From contig CAWBZV010000021.1 in NCBI GenBank assembly GCA_963793305.1, positions 1-27,033 of the forward strand: a DNA stretch of 27,033 nucleotides. The letters are read 5' to 3'. Source of the DNA: an uncultured Gemmatimonadales bacterium. Lineage in GTDB: Bacteria > Gemmatimonadota > Gemmatimonadetes > Gemmatimonadales > Gemmatimonadaceae. Made by a program: the position numbers and the translations under genes. Of this stretch, positions 9,562 to 18,621 are shown one piece after another. Position 1 is the first letter of the stretch. Every line of letters begins with the position of its first letter. Under the pieces are notes generated by a model. The model worked only from the letters and a program-made list of their open reading frames with translations, was not told the origin of the DNA and made no database searches.

Positions 9562-9608
9562 GGCGCTTCGCGCCGGCTCGCTTCGCGTCGCCCTTACTAG
9601 GTTGTTGG
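9562..9608 (-). repeat. Degenerate, inverted hairpin repeat copy E between moxR and DUF58
   Basis: Minus strand CCAACAAC..GGC-ga-CGC-gaa-GCG-a-GCC then GGCGC-gaa-GCGCC; same C-GNA-G loops, only partial match to the 10-mer. Confidence 0.5.
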
Positions 9609-9612
9609 CCAG

Positions 9613-10531
9613 ATGTCATCAACAGTTCCGCCTGAGGTCCTCAAGCAGGTCAAGCTCATCGAGCTGCGCACGCGGGGGCTCGTGAACTCGCTGTTTACGG
9701 GCGAGTACCATTCCGTGTTCAAGGGCCAGGGCATGGAGTTCGCGGAAGTCCGCGAGTACCTGCCGGGCGACGAAGTACGGTCGATCGACTGGAACGTGAC
9801 CGCGCGGATGCGGCGCCCATTCGTGAAGCGCTATGTCGAGGAGCGCGAGCTGACGGTGGTGCTCGCGGTCGACTTGTCGGGCTCGGAGCGCTTCGGCACG
9901 ACGCGGCGCTTCAAGAGCGAGGCCGCGACGGAGCTCGGCGCCGTGCTGGCAATGTCGGCCGTCCGGAACAACGATCGGGTCGGGACGGTTCTATTCACGG
10001 ATCGGGTGGAGCACGTGGTTCCGCCGCGCAAGGGACGGCGCCATGTACTGCGCATCGTCCGCGATCTGCTCGCGTTCCAGCCGGTGGGGCGCGGGACCGA
10101 TCTGGCGGGCGCGATCGAGTACCTGAACCGCCTGTTATCGCACCATGCCATTGTGTTTCTGATCTCGGACTTCCAAGCCGGAGCGGGCGGCATCGAGCGG
10201 CCGTTGAAGCATCTCGCACGACAGCACGATGTGATCGCGGTCACGGTCGAGGACCCGGCCGAGAAGACCCTGCCGAACCTGGGTCCGGTGCGACTCGTCG
10301 ACCCGGAGACCGGTGCGACGATCGTGGTTGACACCAGCAAGGCCGTTGTGCGGGCGCGATACGAGCAGAATGTGCGCCGACGAGCGCCAGGCGCGCCGAC
10401 AGCTGTTGCGGCGGCTGGCGATCGATGAGGTCGCGATTCGCACGGACGCCGGGGTCGTCGAGCCGCTCCTGGGATTCTTTCGCGCTCGCACGATGCGACT
10501 CCATCGGCGACGCAGCGCTGGGCATGCCTGA
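9613..10531 (+). CDS. DUF58 domain protein (MoxR-associated, vWA-like); frameshift near 10374
   Basis: GEYHSVFKGQGMEFAEVREYLPGDEVRSIDWNVTAR..EERELTVVLAVDLSGS..FLISDF; C-terminus continues as DERQARRQLLRRLAIDEVAIRTD..EPLLGFFRAR. Confidence 0.92.
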
Positions 10532-11436
10532 TGTTCGCCGGTCTGGCGGTGCTGGCGCTGCTCGTTCCCGGCGACTCGGTCATGCTGGGCGTTCGCGTCA
10601 CGCCAGACACCGTTACGGTCGGCGCGCCATTTCAGGTCCTTGTCCGCATCCGTGCGCCGCGCGGGTCGCGCATCGAGTTCTCGCTCGGACCTGACTCCAC
10701 CGGCGCTGTTCAGGCGCTGGACACACGCCAGATCAGGGATTCGCCCGACACGACCGGCGCGGAAGCCATGGCGACCTATCGCATGGCCGCGTGGGATGTG
10801 GGGCCGCAGCAAGTGCTCATTCCCGACGCGATGGTGAGGTTCCCGAGTCTGGCGCTGCGACCTGTGCCGATTGCGCCGCTGACGGTGTTTGTCCGGCGCC
10901 TCGTACCCCCCAAGGACAGTGCGAAGCGGGTGCCGAAGCCGGCGCGAGCGATCCTCGTGGCGGTCGAGCCGTGGTGGTGGCGTTGGGCCGTGGCGGTAGG
11001 AGCGCTGCTCATACTCGTGCTTCTCCTTTCTTGGCTCGTATCCCGGTCCAAGCGCCGGACCGGGCCTGGAGCAAACCGGGATCCATACGAGGAAGCCGTG
11101 CGCGAGCTCGATCGCATCGAGCGCCTCGGCCTGATCGATGCCGGCGAGCGTGGGCGGTATGTCGCCCTCGTCACCCAAGTCGTGCGCGACTATCTCGCCG
11201 GCCGGATCGCGACGGCTTCGCTCTCCCTGACGACCATGGAGTTGGTGGAGGCGCTCCGCGCCGATGCGCGCGTGCCGCTCGAGCGCCTGCAGGGCGTGCT
11301 GGAGGAGAGCGATCAGGTCAAGTTCGCGCGGGCCAGAGTGTCGGCCGAACGCGCGGTCGCGGTGGCGAGTGATGCGCGGCAAGTCGTGGAGGAGACCGAT
11401 ACGGCCGTCAAGAAGAGCGAGGAGGCGGCGGCATGA
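10531..11436 (+). CDS. Bat-cluster membrane protein (signal peptide, Ig-like domain, one TM, DUF4381-like C-terminus)
   Basis: VTPDTVTVGAPF; WWWRWAVAVGALL TM; DPYEEAVRELDRI..VRDYL..LTTMEL..SDQVKFAR; position between DUF58 and batA. Confidence 0.75.
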   Translation: MFAGLAVLALLVPGDSVMLGVRVTPDTVTVGAPFQVLVRIRAPRGSRIEFSLGPDSTGAVQALDTRQIRDSPDTTGAEAMATYRMAAWDVGPQQVLIPDAMVRFPSLALRPVPIAPLTVFVRRLVPPKDSAKRVPKPARAILVAVEPWWWRWAVAVGALLILVLLLSWLVSRSKRRTGPGANRDPYEEAVRELDRIERLGLIDAGERGRYVALVTQVVRDYLAGRIATASLSLTTMELVEALRADARVPLERLQGVLEESDQVKFARARVSAERAVAVASDARQVVEETDTAVKKSEEAAA

Positions 11437-12422
11437 CCTTCAACGGCGTCGGGCTGGGGCAGCCGTGGGTCCTGCTCCTCCTGTTGATGCTGCCCCTGTG
11501 GTGGCTCGCGCGTCGTGGCCAGCGGCCGGCGGCCGTCACGTTCTCGCGCGTGGCAATCCTGGCCGCAGGACCGCGGCTGGGGCTTACCCTCAGCCGGTTC
11601 CTGTTTGTCTTGCGCAATCTGGCGCTGGCCGCGTGCATCATCGCGTTGGCCCGGCCGCGGACCGGCGCGCGGGCCGAGATGATCACGAGCGAGGGGATCA
11701 ACATCGTGCTCTGCGTCGATCTCTCGAGCTCGATGCTGGCACTCGACTTCCAGCCCCAGAATCGTCTCGAAGTCGCGAAACAGACAATGAAGCAGTTCGT
11801 GGCGGCTCGCCAATCCGACCGCATCGGCGTCGTCGCGTTCGCGGGCGAGGCGCTCACGCAGGTGCCGTTGACGCTCGACTATCCGGTCGTGCAGGCGGCG
11901 ATAACGAACCTGCAGGCCGGTGAGCTCGACGATGGAACCGCCATCGGGACGGCGATCGCGACTGCCGCCAACCGACTGCGCGTCGCCCCCGGGCGGTCGC
12001 GCGTCATGGTGCTGCTGACCGACGGCGACAACAATCGCGGGTCGATCGATCCGCGAACCGCCGCCCAGGCCGCGGCGGCGTTTCGGATCAAGGTCTATAC
12101 GATTGGCATCGGGACCGACGGCATGGCGCCGGTGCCGGTTGGGCGCGGGCTTTTTGGGCTTCGCTACGAGAATCGGCCCGTGCACATCGACTACGACCTC
12201 TTGAGTGACATCGCGAAGATCACGAACGGGAGGTTCTTCCGTGCGCGGGACGCGGATGCGTTGGGGCGCATCTATCAGCAGATCGATCAGCTGGAGCGCG
12301 TGCCGGTGCGGACGCAATCGTTCGTGCACTACCGTGAATTGTTCAGGTGGCCCCTGGCGGTCGGCCTGCTCGCGCTGCTGTTCGAGCTCGGTCTACTCGC
12401 TTGGCGAGGGCCGTTGCCGTGA
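11433..12422 (+). CDS. batA: BatA-type vWA domain membrane protein
   Basis: N-terminal PWVLLLL..IIALARP; MIDAS DLSSS; DRIGVVAFAGEA.TQVPLTLD; DGTAIG.AI; LLTDGDNNRG.IDP; KVYTIGIG. Confidence 0.9.
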   Translation: MTFNGVGLGQPWVLLLLLMLPLWWLARRGQRPAAVTFSRVAILAAGPRLGLTLSRFLFVLRNLALAACIIALARPRTGARAEMITSEGINIVLCVDLSSSMLALDFQPQNRLEVAKQTMKQFVAARQSDRIGVVAFAGEALTQVPLTLDYPVVQAAITNLQAGELDDGTAIGTAIATAANRLRVAPGRSRVMVLLTDGDNNRGSIDPRTAAQAAAAFRIKVYTIGIGTDGMAPVPVGRGLFGLRYENRPVHIDYDLLSDIAKITNGRFFRARDADALGRIYQQIDQLERVPVRTQSFVHYRELFRWPLAVGLLALLFELGLLAWRGPLP

Positions 12423-14059
12423 TGGCGCTATTTGAGCAACCCATTCTGCTAGCGGTTGCCATTCTCGGGCCGCTCATCGTCGTGGCGCTGGTTGTTTCCC
12501 GGCAACAGCGACGACGCGCGAGACTGGCCAAGCTCGGCACACCGGCGATCGTCAACCGCCTGGTGCCCACGGCGTCCAGAGAGTCAGGCGTCCTCAGGGT
12601 GATCCTGCTCGGCGGAGCGGCCCTCTGCGCGGGAGTGGCGCTCGCCGGCCCGCGGTGGGGAAACGAGCAGCGGCTGGAGCACGGATCCGGGGTCGATGTC
12701 GTGCTGGCCCTCGACGCATCGCTCTCGATGATGGCCCGGGACGAGCGCCCGAATCGCCTCGAGCGTATGAAGGAAGAGGTCCGGCGCCTGCGGGATCTCT
12801 CGCCGGGCGACCGGACGGCGCTCATCGCGTTCGCCGGTCGGAGTTACGTCCTGACACCGCTCACTGTCGATGATGGGGCATTGGATCTGTTTCTGGAGAA
12901 CCTCGACCCGTCGGTCGTCGGGCAGCCCGGCACGGCGCTGGCACGGGCGATCCGGCAGGGCACCGAGCTTCTGTTGGCGACCAGGACGGCGAGCGATCGC
13001 GCGCTCGTCCTCATGAGTGACGGGGAAGGCTTCGACGACGAGTCGGACGTGAGGGCGGCGGCGGAGTATGCGAAGGAGAATGCGGTGAGCGTCGTGACGG
13101 TGGGATTTGGCACGGAAGCAGGCGCGACGATCCCCGTTACGGGAGGGGCGCCAGGCGACACCGTCAAGCGCGATGAGAATGGGGACATCGTCGTGACCCA
13201 TTACACGCCCAAGATGCTGGAAGCCATCGCCGACGCCGGGCACGGGGTGTTCATCTCGGCGACCGAGACGGATAAGGCGGTCAAGATTCGGAACGCGTTG
13301 AACAAGTTGCGGACGCAGGAGCGCGCGCTGGAGCGCGGGCAGTCGCTCGCGCCGCAGTTTCAGCTTTTTCTGGCGCCCGCCCTCTTGCTGCTGTTGTTGG
13401 ACACTTTCTTGGCTGATAGAACGCGCGTGCGGGTTCGAAAGGTGCGAAAGGCTGGCGCGGTCGCCGCGACGGCTGTTGCGCTGGGGTTCGTCCAAGGGCC
13501 TACCGATAGCGTGCCGCCTCCCCAGGCTTTCAAGCAGCTGGTCGACAAGGGCGATCACACGTCTCGGACCATGTACAACTATGGGACCTCGCTGCTGGCG
13601 AGCGACTCCATGGATGCGGCCGTGTCCGCGCTATCGCTCGTGGCGAGCGATCGGGATCCCGAGGTGCGATATCGGTCGCTGTTCAATTTGGGTCTGGCGC
13701 ACCTCAAACGGGGATTGGCCGAGTCGGGTGATAACGCGCGATCCGAGCTGGACATGGCACTGGCGGCCTACAAGCGCGTGCTGCTCATGCGCTCGTCGGA
13801 CGACGATGCCAAGTGGAACTACGAGCTCGCGCTCCAGGCGAAGCAGTCCGGTGGTGGCGGCTCGTCGCAGCAGCCCAAGAACAACCCGCAGCAGAACAAT
13901 CGTCAGCAACAACGCCAGGGCGATCAGCCCGAAGGGCAGCTCGGGAAGCGGCAGGCCGAGGAGATCTTGAAGAGCGCGGCGCGCGAGGAGCGCGACGTCG
14001 AAGGGAAGCGGCAGAAAGAAGCGGCGACCGACGTGCCGCCCATCGGGAAGGATTGGTGA
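12422..14059 (+). CDS. BatB-BatC-like fusion: vWA + TPR + Gln-rich tail
   Basis: ALAGPRWG; MIDAS DASLS; PNRLER; LMSDGE; TPR-like YNYGTSLL, FNLGLAHL, DDAKWNYELA; Q/N-rich linker; ends in KDW as BatC proteins do. TGATG overlaps at both ends. Confidence 0.85.
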   Translation: MALFEQPILLAVAILGPLIVVALVVSRQQRRRARLAKLGTPAIVNRLVPTASRESGVLRVILLGGAALCAGVALAGPRWGNEQRLEHGSGVDVVLALDASLSMMARDERPNRLERMKEEVRRLRDLSPGDRTALIAFAGRSYVLTPLTVDDGALDLFLENLDPSVVGQPGTALARAIRQGTELLLATRTASDRALVLMSDGEGFDDESDVRAAAEYAKENAVSVVTVGFGTEAGATIPVTGGAPGDTVKRDENGDIVVTHYTPKMLEAIADAGHGVFISATETDKAVKIRNALNKLRTQERALERGQSLAPQFQLFLAPALLLLLLDTFLADRTRVRVRKVRKAGAVAATAVALGFVQGPTDSVPPPQAFKQLVDKGDHTSRTMYNYGTSLLASDSMDAAVSALSLVASDRDPEVRYRSLFNLGLAHLKRGLAESGDNARSELDMALAAYKRVLLMRSSDDDAKWNYELALQAKQSGGGGSSQQPKNNPQQNNRQQQRQGDQPEGQLGKRQAEEILKSAAREERDVEGKRQKEAATDVPPIGKDW

Positions 14060-16083
14060 TGCTGGCCCTCCTGCTGCAGTTGGCCATCGTGGCGCGCGCG
14101 CCGATCGACACGGCGCAGCCCGTGAATTTCCACGCGATGGTGACGCCGGACACGGTGTTCGTCGGGCAGCAGGTGACCTACGAAGTCGGCGTATTCCTCG
14201 ACGATCAGCTGCGACTGCGGCTCCGCCGCAATCCCGAGTTCGTGCCACCCGAGCCGCGGGCCATGCTGGCGTACGACCTGCCGTCGACCGCGACCGCGCC
14301 TGGCGCGCGACGTGTGGGCGATCACGAGTACGAGGTGCACGTGTTCGAGCGGGCGTTCTTCCCGCTCGAAGCGGGGCGATATGAGATCCCCGCGGCCGAG
14401 CTGTCGTACTCGCTGCCGCTGTCGATGAGCTTTTTCAGTCGCGAGGAGAGTCATACGCTCGCGGCCGAGAGTCTGGCGATCGTGGCGCTGGCGCCGCCGG
14501 TCGCGGGGCGGCCGGCGAATTACGCCGGCGCGGTCGGCGAGTTGCACGTCGACGAGCGGTTGGATGCGCATCGGGTGCGCGCCGGCGATCCCGTGCTGCT
14601 CACGGTCCTGGTTGGCGGGCGCGGGAATGTCAAACTGCTGCCGCGGCCCGCCCTGGCGGTACCGTGGGGGTCGGCGGTCGCGGCCGAAGAGCGCGTGCGC
14701 GTCGATACGACGACCGCCGATGTGCATGGGACCAAAGAGTTCGACTGGGTCGTGACGCCGCGCGATACCGGGGTCCTCGCGCTCCCCCCGGTTGGCTACC
14801 CGTACTTCAACCCGTATACCGAGCGATACGAGATCGCGGTGACGCGCTCCGACACGTTACGGGTCGGGGCGGGGACGCTCGCGTCACTCGATACCACGCG
14901 GATGGATGCCAGTCCGCCGCTGGCGATCCGCACCATGTACCGCGGCAATCTTCCGCCGCCGCTCTACTCGCGGCCCGAGTTTTTCGCGGTCGCGGCCTGC
15001 GCGCCGATCCCGGCGATTGCGCTGGGGGCTGCGCGTCGCGCACGGCGTCGCCGGCGTCGCGTGCTCTCGGCCGCGGACCGGCTCAAGATCCTGTCGCGCT
15101 CTCGCCGGCCGATCCCACCGCCTGCGCTGCGTCGGGCCTACGTTGCCGCGTTGGCGGAGCGCTTCGCGCTCTCGCCCGCTACCCTCACGCAGCGCGGCGC
15201 GCTCGCGCACGTGTTGCGAAGGGAAGGGTGCACCGGGCCATCGGGGATGCGGGTCGAGAAATTGCTCGACTCCCTCGATAAGACCGCGTATGGGCCTGGG
15301 CCCGATCTGCCCAAGGACATTGCGCGGCAAGCGTATGCGGCATTCGAGAGCGTCTGCCGGGAGGCGCGGCAGCGTATCGTGCCGCTGCTCTTGCTCTGCG
15401 TTGTTTTCGGAGCGACGGCCCGGGCGCTGGGCGTTGGCGAGGCCGAGGCCAGCGAGCAGTTCCGGCAGGGGCTCACGGCCTACGCGCGCCATCAGTATGG
15501 ACCCGCCGCGGTGCGGTTCGCGGCTGCGGGCCATCTCGCGCCGCGCGCCGCTGACGCGTGGGCGAATGCGGGGACGGCCGCATGGGTGGTAGGCGATACG
15601 GCCGACGCGGTCGTGGGGTGGCAGCGTGCCGCGCGGCTCGAGGCGTTTGCGCACGATGTCCATGAGCGGCTCGGGCTCGTGCGAGCATCGCAAGAAGGGA
15701 CGATCGCCGCGCCACCGCGGGTCGACGCCGGAGTCGTGGCGTCGATTGCGCTCGGGTGTTGGGTCTTGCTCTGTCTCCTACTCGCACTCTGGCCCGGGCG
15801 CGTGAAAGCGCTCACCGCGCTGCTCGGCATTGTGGCGGTCGTCGGCGCGGCCGGCGCTGTGTGGCTCGACGAGCTGGCCAGTGGCGCCAAGCTGGTGGTG
15901 ATCGCCTCGGGGTCCGGCCTTTCGTCCTCGCCCGCTTTGGGCGCCGAGCGCGTCGCCGCGCTCGATGCCGGCGATGTGGCTCGCATCGAGGAGCGCTCGG
16001 GCGCGTGGGTGCGAGTCCGGCTCGATGGCGACCGCGATGGCTGGGTCGAGATCGGCCAGACCACTCCGATCGGAGCGTACTAG
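14059..16083 (+). CDS. BatD-like protein fused to BatE-like TPR and SH3 domains
   Basis: Signal peptide; PDTVFVGQQVTY; YAGAVG; YPYFNPYTERY; TPR-like DAWANAGTAAW; C-terminal GAWVRVRLDGDRDGWV (SH3-like). Confidence 0.8.
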   Translation: MLALLLQLAIVARAPIDTAQPVNFHAMVTPDTVFVGQQVTYEVGVFLDDQLRLRLRRNPEFVPPEPRAMLAYDLPSTATAPGARRVGDHEYEVHVFERAFFPLEAGRYEIPAAELSYSLPLSMSFFSREESHTLAAESLAIVALAPPVAGRPANYAGAVGELHVDERLDAHRVRAGDPVLLTVLVGGRGNVKLLPRPALAVPWGSAVAAEERVRVDTTTADVHGTKEFDWVVTPRDTGVLALPPVGYPYFNPYTERYEIAVTRSDTLRVGAGTLASLDTTRMDASPPLAIRTMYRGNLPPPLYSRPEFFAVAACAPIPAIALGAARRARRRRRRVLSAADRLKILSRSRRPIPPPALRRAYVAALAERFALSPATLTQRGALAHVLRREGCTGPSGMRVEKLLDSLDKTAYGPGPDLPKDIARQAYAAFESVCREARQRIVPLLLLCVVFGATARALGVGEAEASEQFRQGLTAYARHQYGPAAVRFAAAGHLAPRAADAWANAGTAAWVVGDTADAVVGWQRAARLEAFAHDVHERLGLVRASQEGTIAAPPRVDAGVVASIALGCWVLLCLLLALWPGRVKALTALLGIVAVVGAAGAVWLDELASGAKLVVIASGSGLSSSPALGAERVAALDAGDVARIEERSGAWVRVRLDGDRDGWVEIGQTTPIGAY

Positions 16084-16091
16084 GTTACGGC

Positions 16092-17795
16092 GTGCCCACG
16101 ATTGCCATACTGCCCAGCGCGCTGGCTGATCAGATAGCCGCGGGCGAAGTGGTGGAGCGGCCGGCGTCGGCCGTCAAAGAGCTCGTGGAAAATGCCATCG
16201 ACGCTGGCGCGAGATCGGTCGAGATCGAAGTCGACGACGGCGGCCGCGCGGGCATACGCGTCAGCGATGATGGGTGCGGCATGGCGCGAGAGGACGCGCT
16301 GCTGGCGCTGGAGCGGCATGCGACCTCGAAGATCCGGTCGGCTGACGATCTCGTGGGCATTGCGACGTTCGGATTTCGTGGTGAGGCGCTGCCCTCCATC
16401 GCGTCCGTTTCGGCCCTGACACTGGAGACAGCGCCGGGCGACGGGGCCGGGACGGTCGTACGTGTGGTCGGTGGGTCAGTGCTCGAAGTGGCGGACGGTG
16501 CGAGAAGGCGAGGGACGACCGTGTCGGTCGCGCGGCTTTTTCACAACGTGCCGGCGCGGCTCAAGTTCTTGCGGAGCGCGCGGTCGGAGTGGCGAGCCGT
16601 GACCGACGCCGTGACGTCGTTGGCGCTCGCTCAGCGTGGGCTGCATTTGACGCTCACGCACGACGGCGTCCGCGCTATGACGCTGCCTGGGGCAACGTCG
16701 CTGCGAGCGCGCGTCGGCGCAATCTGGGGTGGGACGTATGCGGATGCGCTCGTCGAGGTCGACGATGTCGCTGGCACTGTCTATGTGAGCGGGCTTGCCG
16801 AGCGGCCGAGTGATGTCGGGACTCGCTCGCGGCGCGTGGTGCTAGTTATTAACGGGCGCGCGGTGCGCGACGCGGGGTTGGTTCGGGCGGCCGAAGCCGC
16901 GTATCGGTCAACCATCCCCGCCGGGCTCCGGCCGTCGGTCTTTCTCGACATCACCGTCAGTGCCGAGTCGGTCGACGTCAATGTGCATCCGGCGAAGGCC
17001 GAGGTTCGGTTTCGGGACCGGTGGGTAGTGGAGCGAGCGGTTGAGAACGCGGTGCGTCGTGCCCTTGGGACTTTGGCGAGCTCCCACGTTGTCGGGACCT
17101 GGGTTTCGAACGGCGTGGCTTCTCCTCCGCCGGATGAGCGCGTGCTGCTTCGCAGCAACGCTCACTCGCTCGGACCGCTGGCGGAACCGGCGATCGAGAG
17201 TGCGTCATCGGCCGAGGCTGGGGCCGACGTCGAGATCGTGCCGCCGTTGGTACAGCTGCGGCGCACGTATCTCATGTACGAGCACGACGAGGGCGTTGTG
17301 TTGATCGACCAACACTCGGCGCACGAGCGAGTGTTGTTCGAGCAGTTCATGACCGAAAAACGAACGGCGGGGCAAAGGCTGCTGTTCCCGTTGACGTTGC
17401 ACATGGGCCCGGCCGAGGGGGATGCGTTCGAGGAGCACCGCGAGCTGTTCGAGACGCTGGGGTTCGAGATCGAAGGGTTTGGTGGCCATTCGCTGCTCGT
17501 GCGAAGTGTGCCGATGCCGCATGCGCGGTTCGACGCCGAGCGGTGTTTGCGGGAGACGCTCGACGCATTGACGGGAGATCGGGTCGCCGGAACCGCGACG
17601 CGGCACGAGCGGCTGGTTTCGACCGTGGCCTGTAAGGCCGCGGTCAAAGCCGGCGACAATCTCTCGGCGGCCGAGATGCGGGCGCTGTATCTGGCGTTGG
17701 GCCGGACGACGTTGCCGGCGCATGATGTGCATGGGAGGTCGACCATCGTCCGGCTGTCGTGGGATGAGCTCGAGCGACGGTTTGGACGGCGCTAG
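16092..17795 (+). CDS. mutL: DNA mismatch repair endonuclease MutL
   Basis: GTG start; DQIAAGEVVERPASAVKELVENAIDAGA, ERHATSKI, TFGFRGEALPSIASVS, VDVNVHPAKAEVRF, DQHSAHER, clamp-binding QRLLFP, ACKAAVKAG. Confidence 0.97.
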   Translation: MPTIAILPSALADQIAAGEVVERPASAVKELVENAIDAGARSVEIEVDDGGRAGIRVSDDGCGMAREDALLALERHATSKIRSADDLVGIATFGFRGEALPSIASVSALTLETAPGDGAGTVVRVVGGSVLEVADGARRRGTTVSVARLFHNVPARLKFLRSARSEWRAVTDAVTSLALAQRGLHLTLTHDGVRAMTLPGATSLRARVGAIWGGTYADALVEVDDVAGTVYVSGLAERPSDVGTRSRRVVLVINGRAVRDAGLVRAAEAAYRSTIPAGLRPSVFLDITVSAESVDVNVHPAKAEVRFRDRWVVERAVENAVRRALGTLASSHVVGTWVSNGVASPPPDERVLLRSNAHSLGPLAEPAIESASSAEAGADVEIVPPLVQLRRTYLMYEHDEGVVLIDQHSAHERVLFEQFMTEKRTAGQRLLFPLTLHMGPAEGDAFEEHRELFETLGFEIEGFGGHSLLVRSVPMPHARFDAERCLRETLDALTGDRVAGTATRHERLVSTVACKAAVKAGDNLSAAEMRALYLALGRTTLPAHDVHGRSTIVRLSWDELERRFGRR

Positions 17796-17873
17796 GCGCG
17801 GCGAAGCCGTGCCGTTTCCAACCGACTATCGATGAGTGCGAAGCGCTCCATCGAGCGAGCGGCGCAGCCGCTC
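17795..17873 (+). repeat. Hairpin repeat copy C, mutL-miaA junction, contains the miaA ATG
   Basis: GGCGCGGC-gaa-GCCGTGCC; TCCAACCGAC (17817-17826); TCGATG-AGTGC-gaa-GCGCT-c-CATCGA; GAGCGGC-gca-GCCGCTC. Confidence 0.85.
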
Positions 17874-18562
17874 ATTGTCGTGTGCGGGCCGACGGCGGCC
17901 GGGAAGTCGGCGCTGGCCATGCGGCTGGCCGAGGTCCTGCCGATCACGATCGTGAGCGCGGACTCGCGGCAGATCTATCGGCGATTCGAACGTCGGCACG
18001 GCGAAGCCGACGTGTCAAGAAAGGGATAAGGTTCCGCACGCGGGGTTGGATCTCGTTGACCCTACCCACCGATTCTCATCGTTTGCGTGGGCGAACGCGG
18101 CCATTGAGGCGATTGCGCGAGCGCGGGCCGAGGGCCGGGTGCCGGTCGTGGTGGGCGGCGCGGGATTCTATGTTCGCGCACTCGTGACACCCGAGCCGGG
18201 AATGATGCGATATGACGCCCGCTATCTTGTGGTGGATCCCGGGCCGGTGTTGCGCGAGTGGATCGGCCATCGGATCGAACGTCATGTTGGCCGGAGGATG
18301 GCGGGAGGAAGTGGTGCGACTCGAGCGCGACGTACCGGACAGCGCGCCCGCGTGGCAGGCGAGCGGGTACGGGGCGGTCCGTGAGATGGTGCGGGGCAAC
18401 CTGTCCGAACACGAGGCGCGGGAGGCCGTCGTGATTGCGACGCGGCAGTACGCCAAACGACAGCGGACCTGGTTTCGGCACCAGCTGCCGGCCGACCAGA
18501 CCACACGCATCGACCCTCGCTCGCCGGAGGCGTTGGCGCGACTCGAGGAGCTGGTGCGATGA
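17832..18562 (+). CDS. miaA: tRNA dimethylallyltransferase, short form (~242 aa after removing extra bases near 17990 and 18279)
   Basis: CGPTAAGKS, IVSADSRQIY, F(D)VGTAKP, VPHAGLDLVDP, VVGGAGFYVRAL, TRQYAKRQRTWFR; downstream of mutL. Confidence 0.92.
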
Positions 18563-18621
18563 GCGAGGCGCAGCCGAGCGTTGTCCAACCGACTGGTCAC
18601 GGCGAGCGGAGCGAGCCGTGA
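18562..18621 (+). repeat. Hairpin repeat copy D, miaA-bshA junction
   Basis: GC-ga-GGC-gca-GCC-ga-GC; TCCAACCGAC (18584-18593); TCACGGC-ga-GC-gga-GC-ga-GCCGTGA. Confidence 0.8.

Noticed and set aside
9549..9635. TAATG-coupled 28-aa mini-ORF across repeat copy E
   Set aside because: Its stop falls ~20 nt inside DUF58 rather than overlapping the start; too weak to claim a second relay.
11969..11977. CCAACCGAC match inside batA
   Set aside because: Encodes ordinary ANRL residues with no flanking hairpins; treated as chance.
13850..13940. CAG/CAA/AAC-rich stretch as a tandem repeat
   Set aside because: Encodes the Gln/Asn-rich linker normal for BatC-like proteins.
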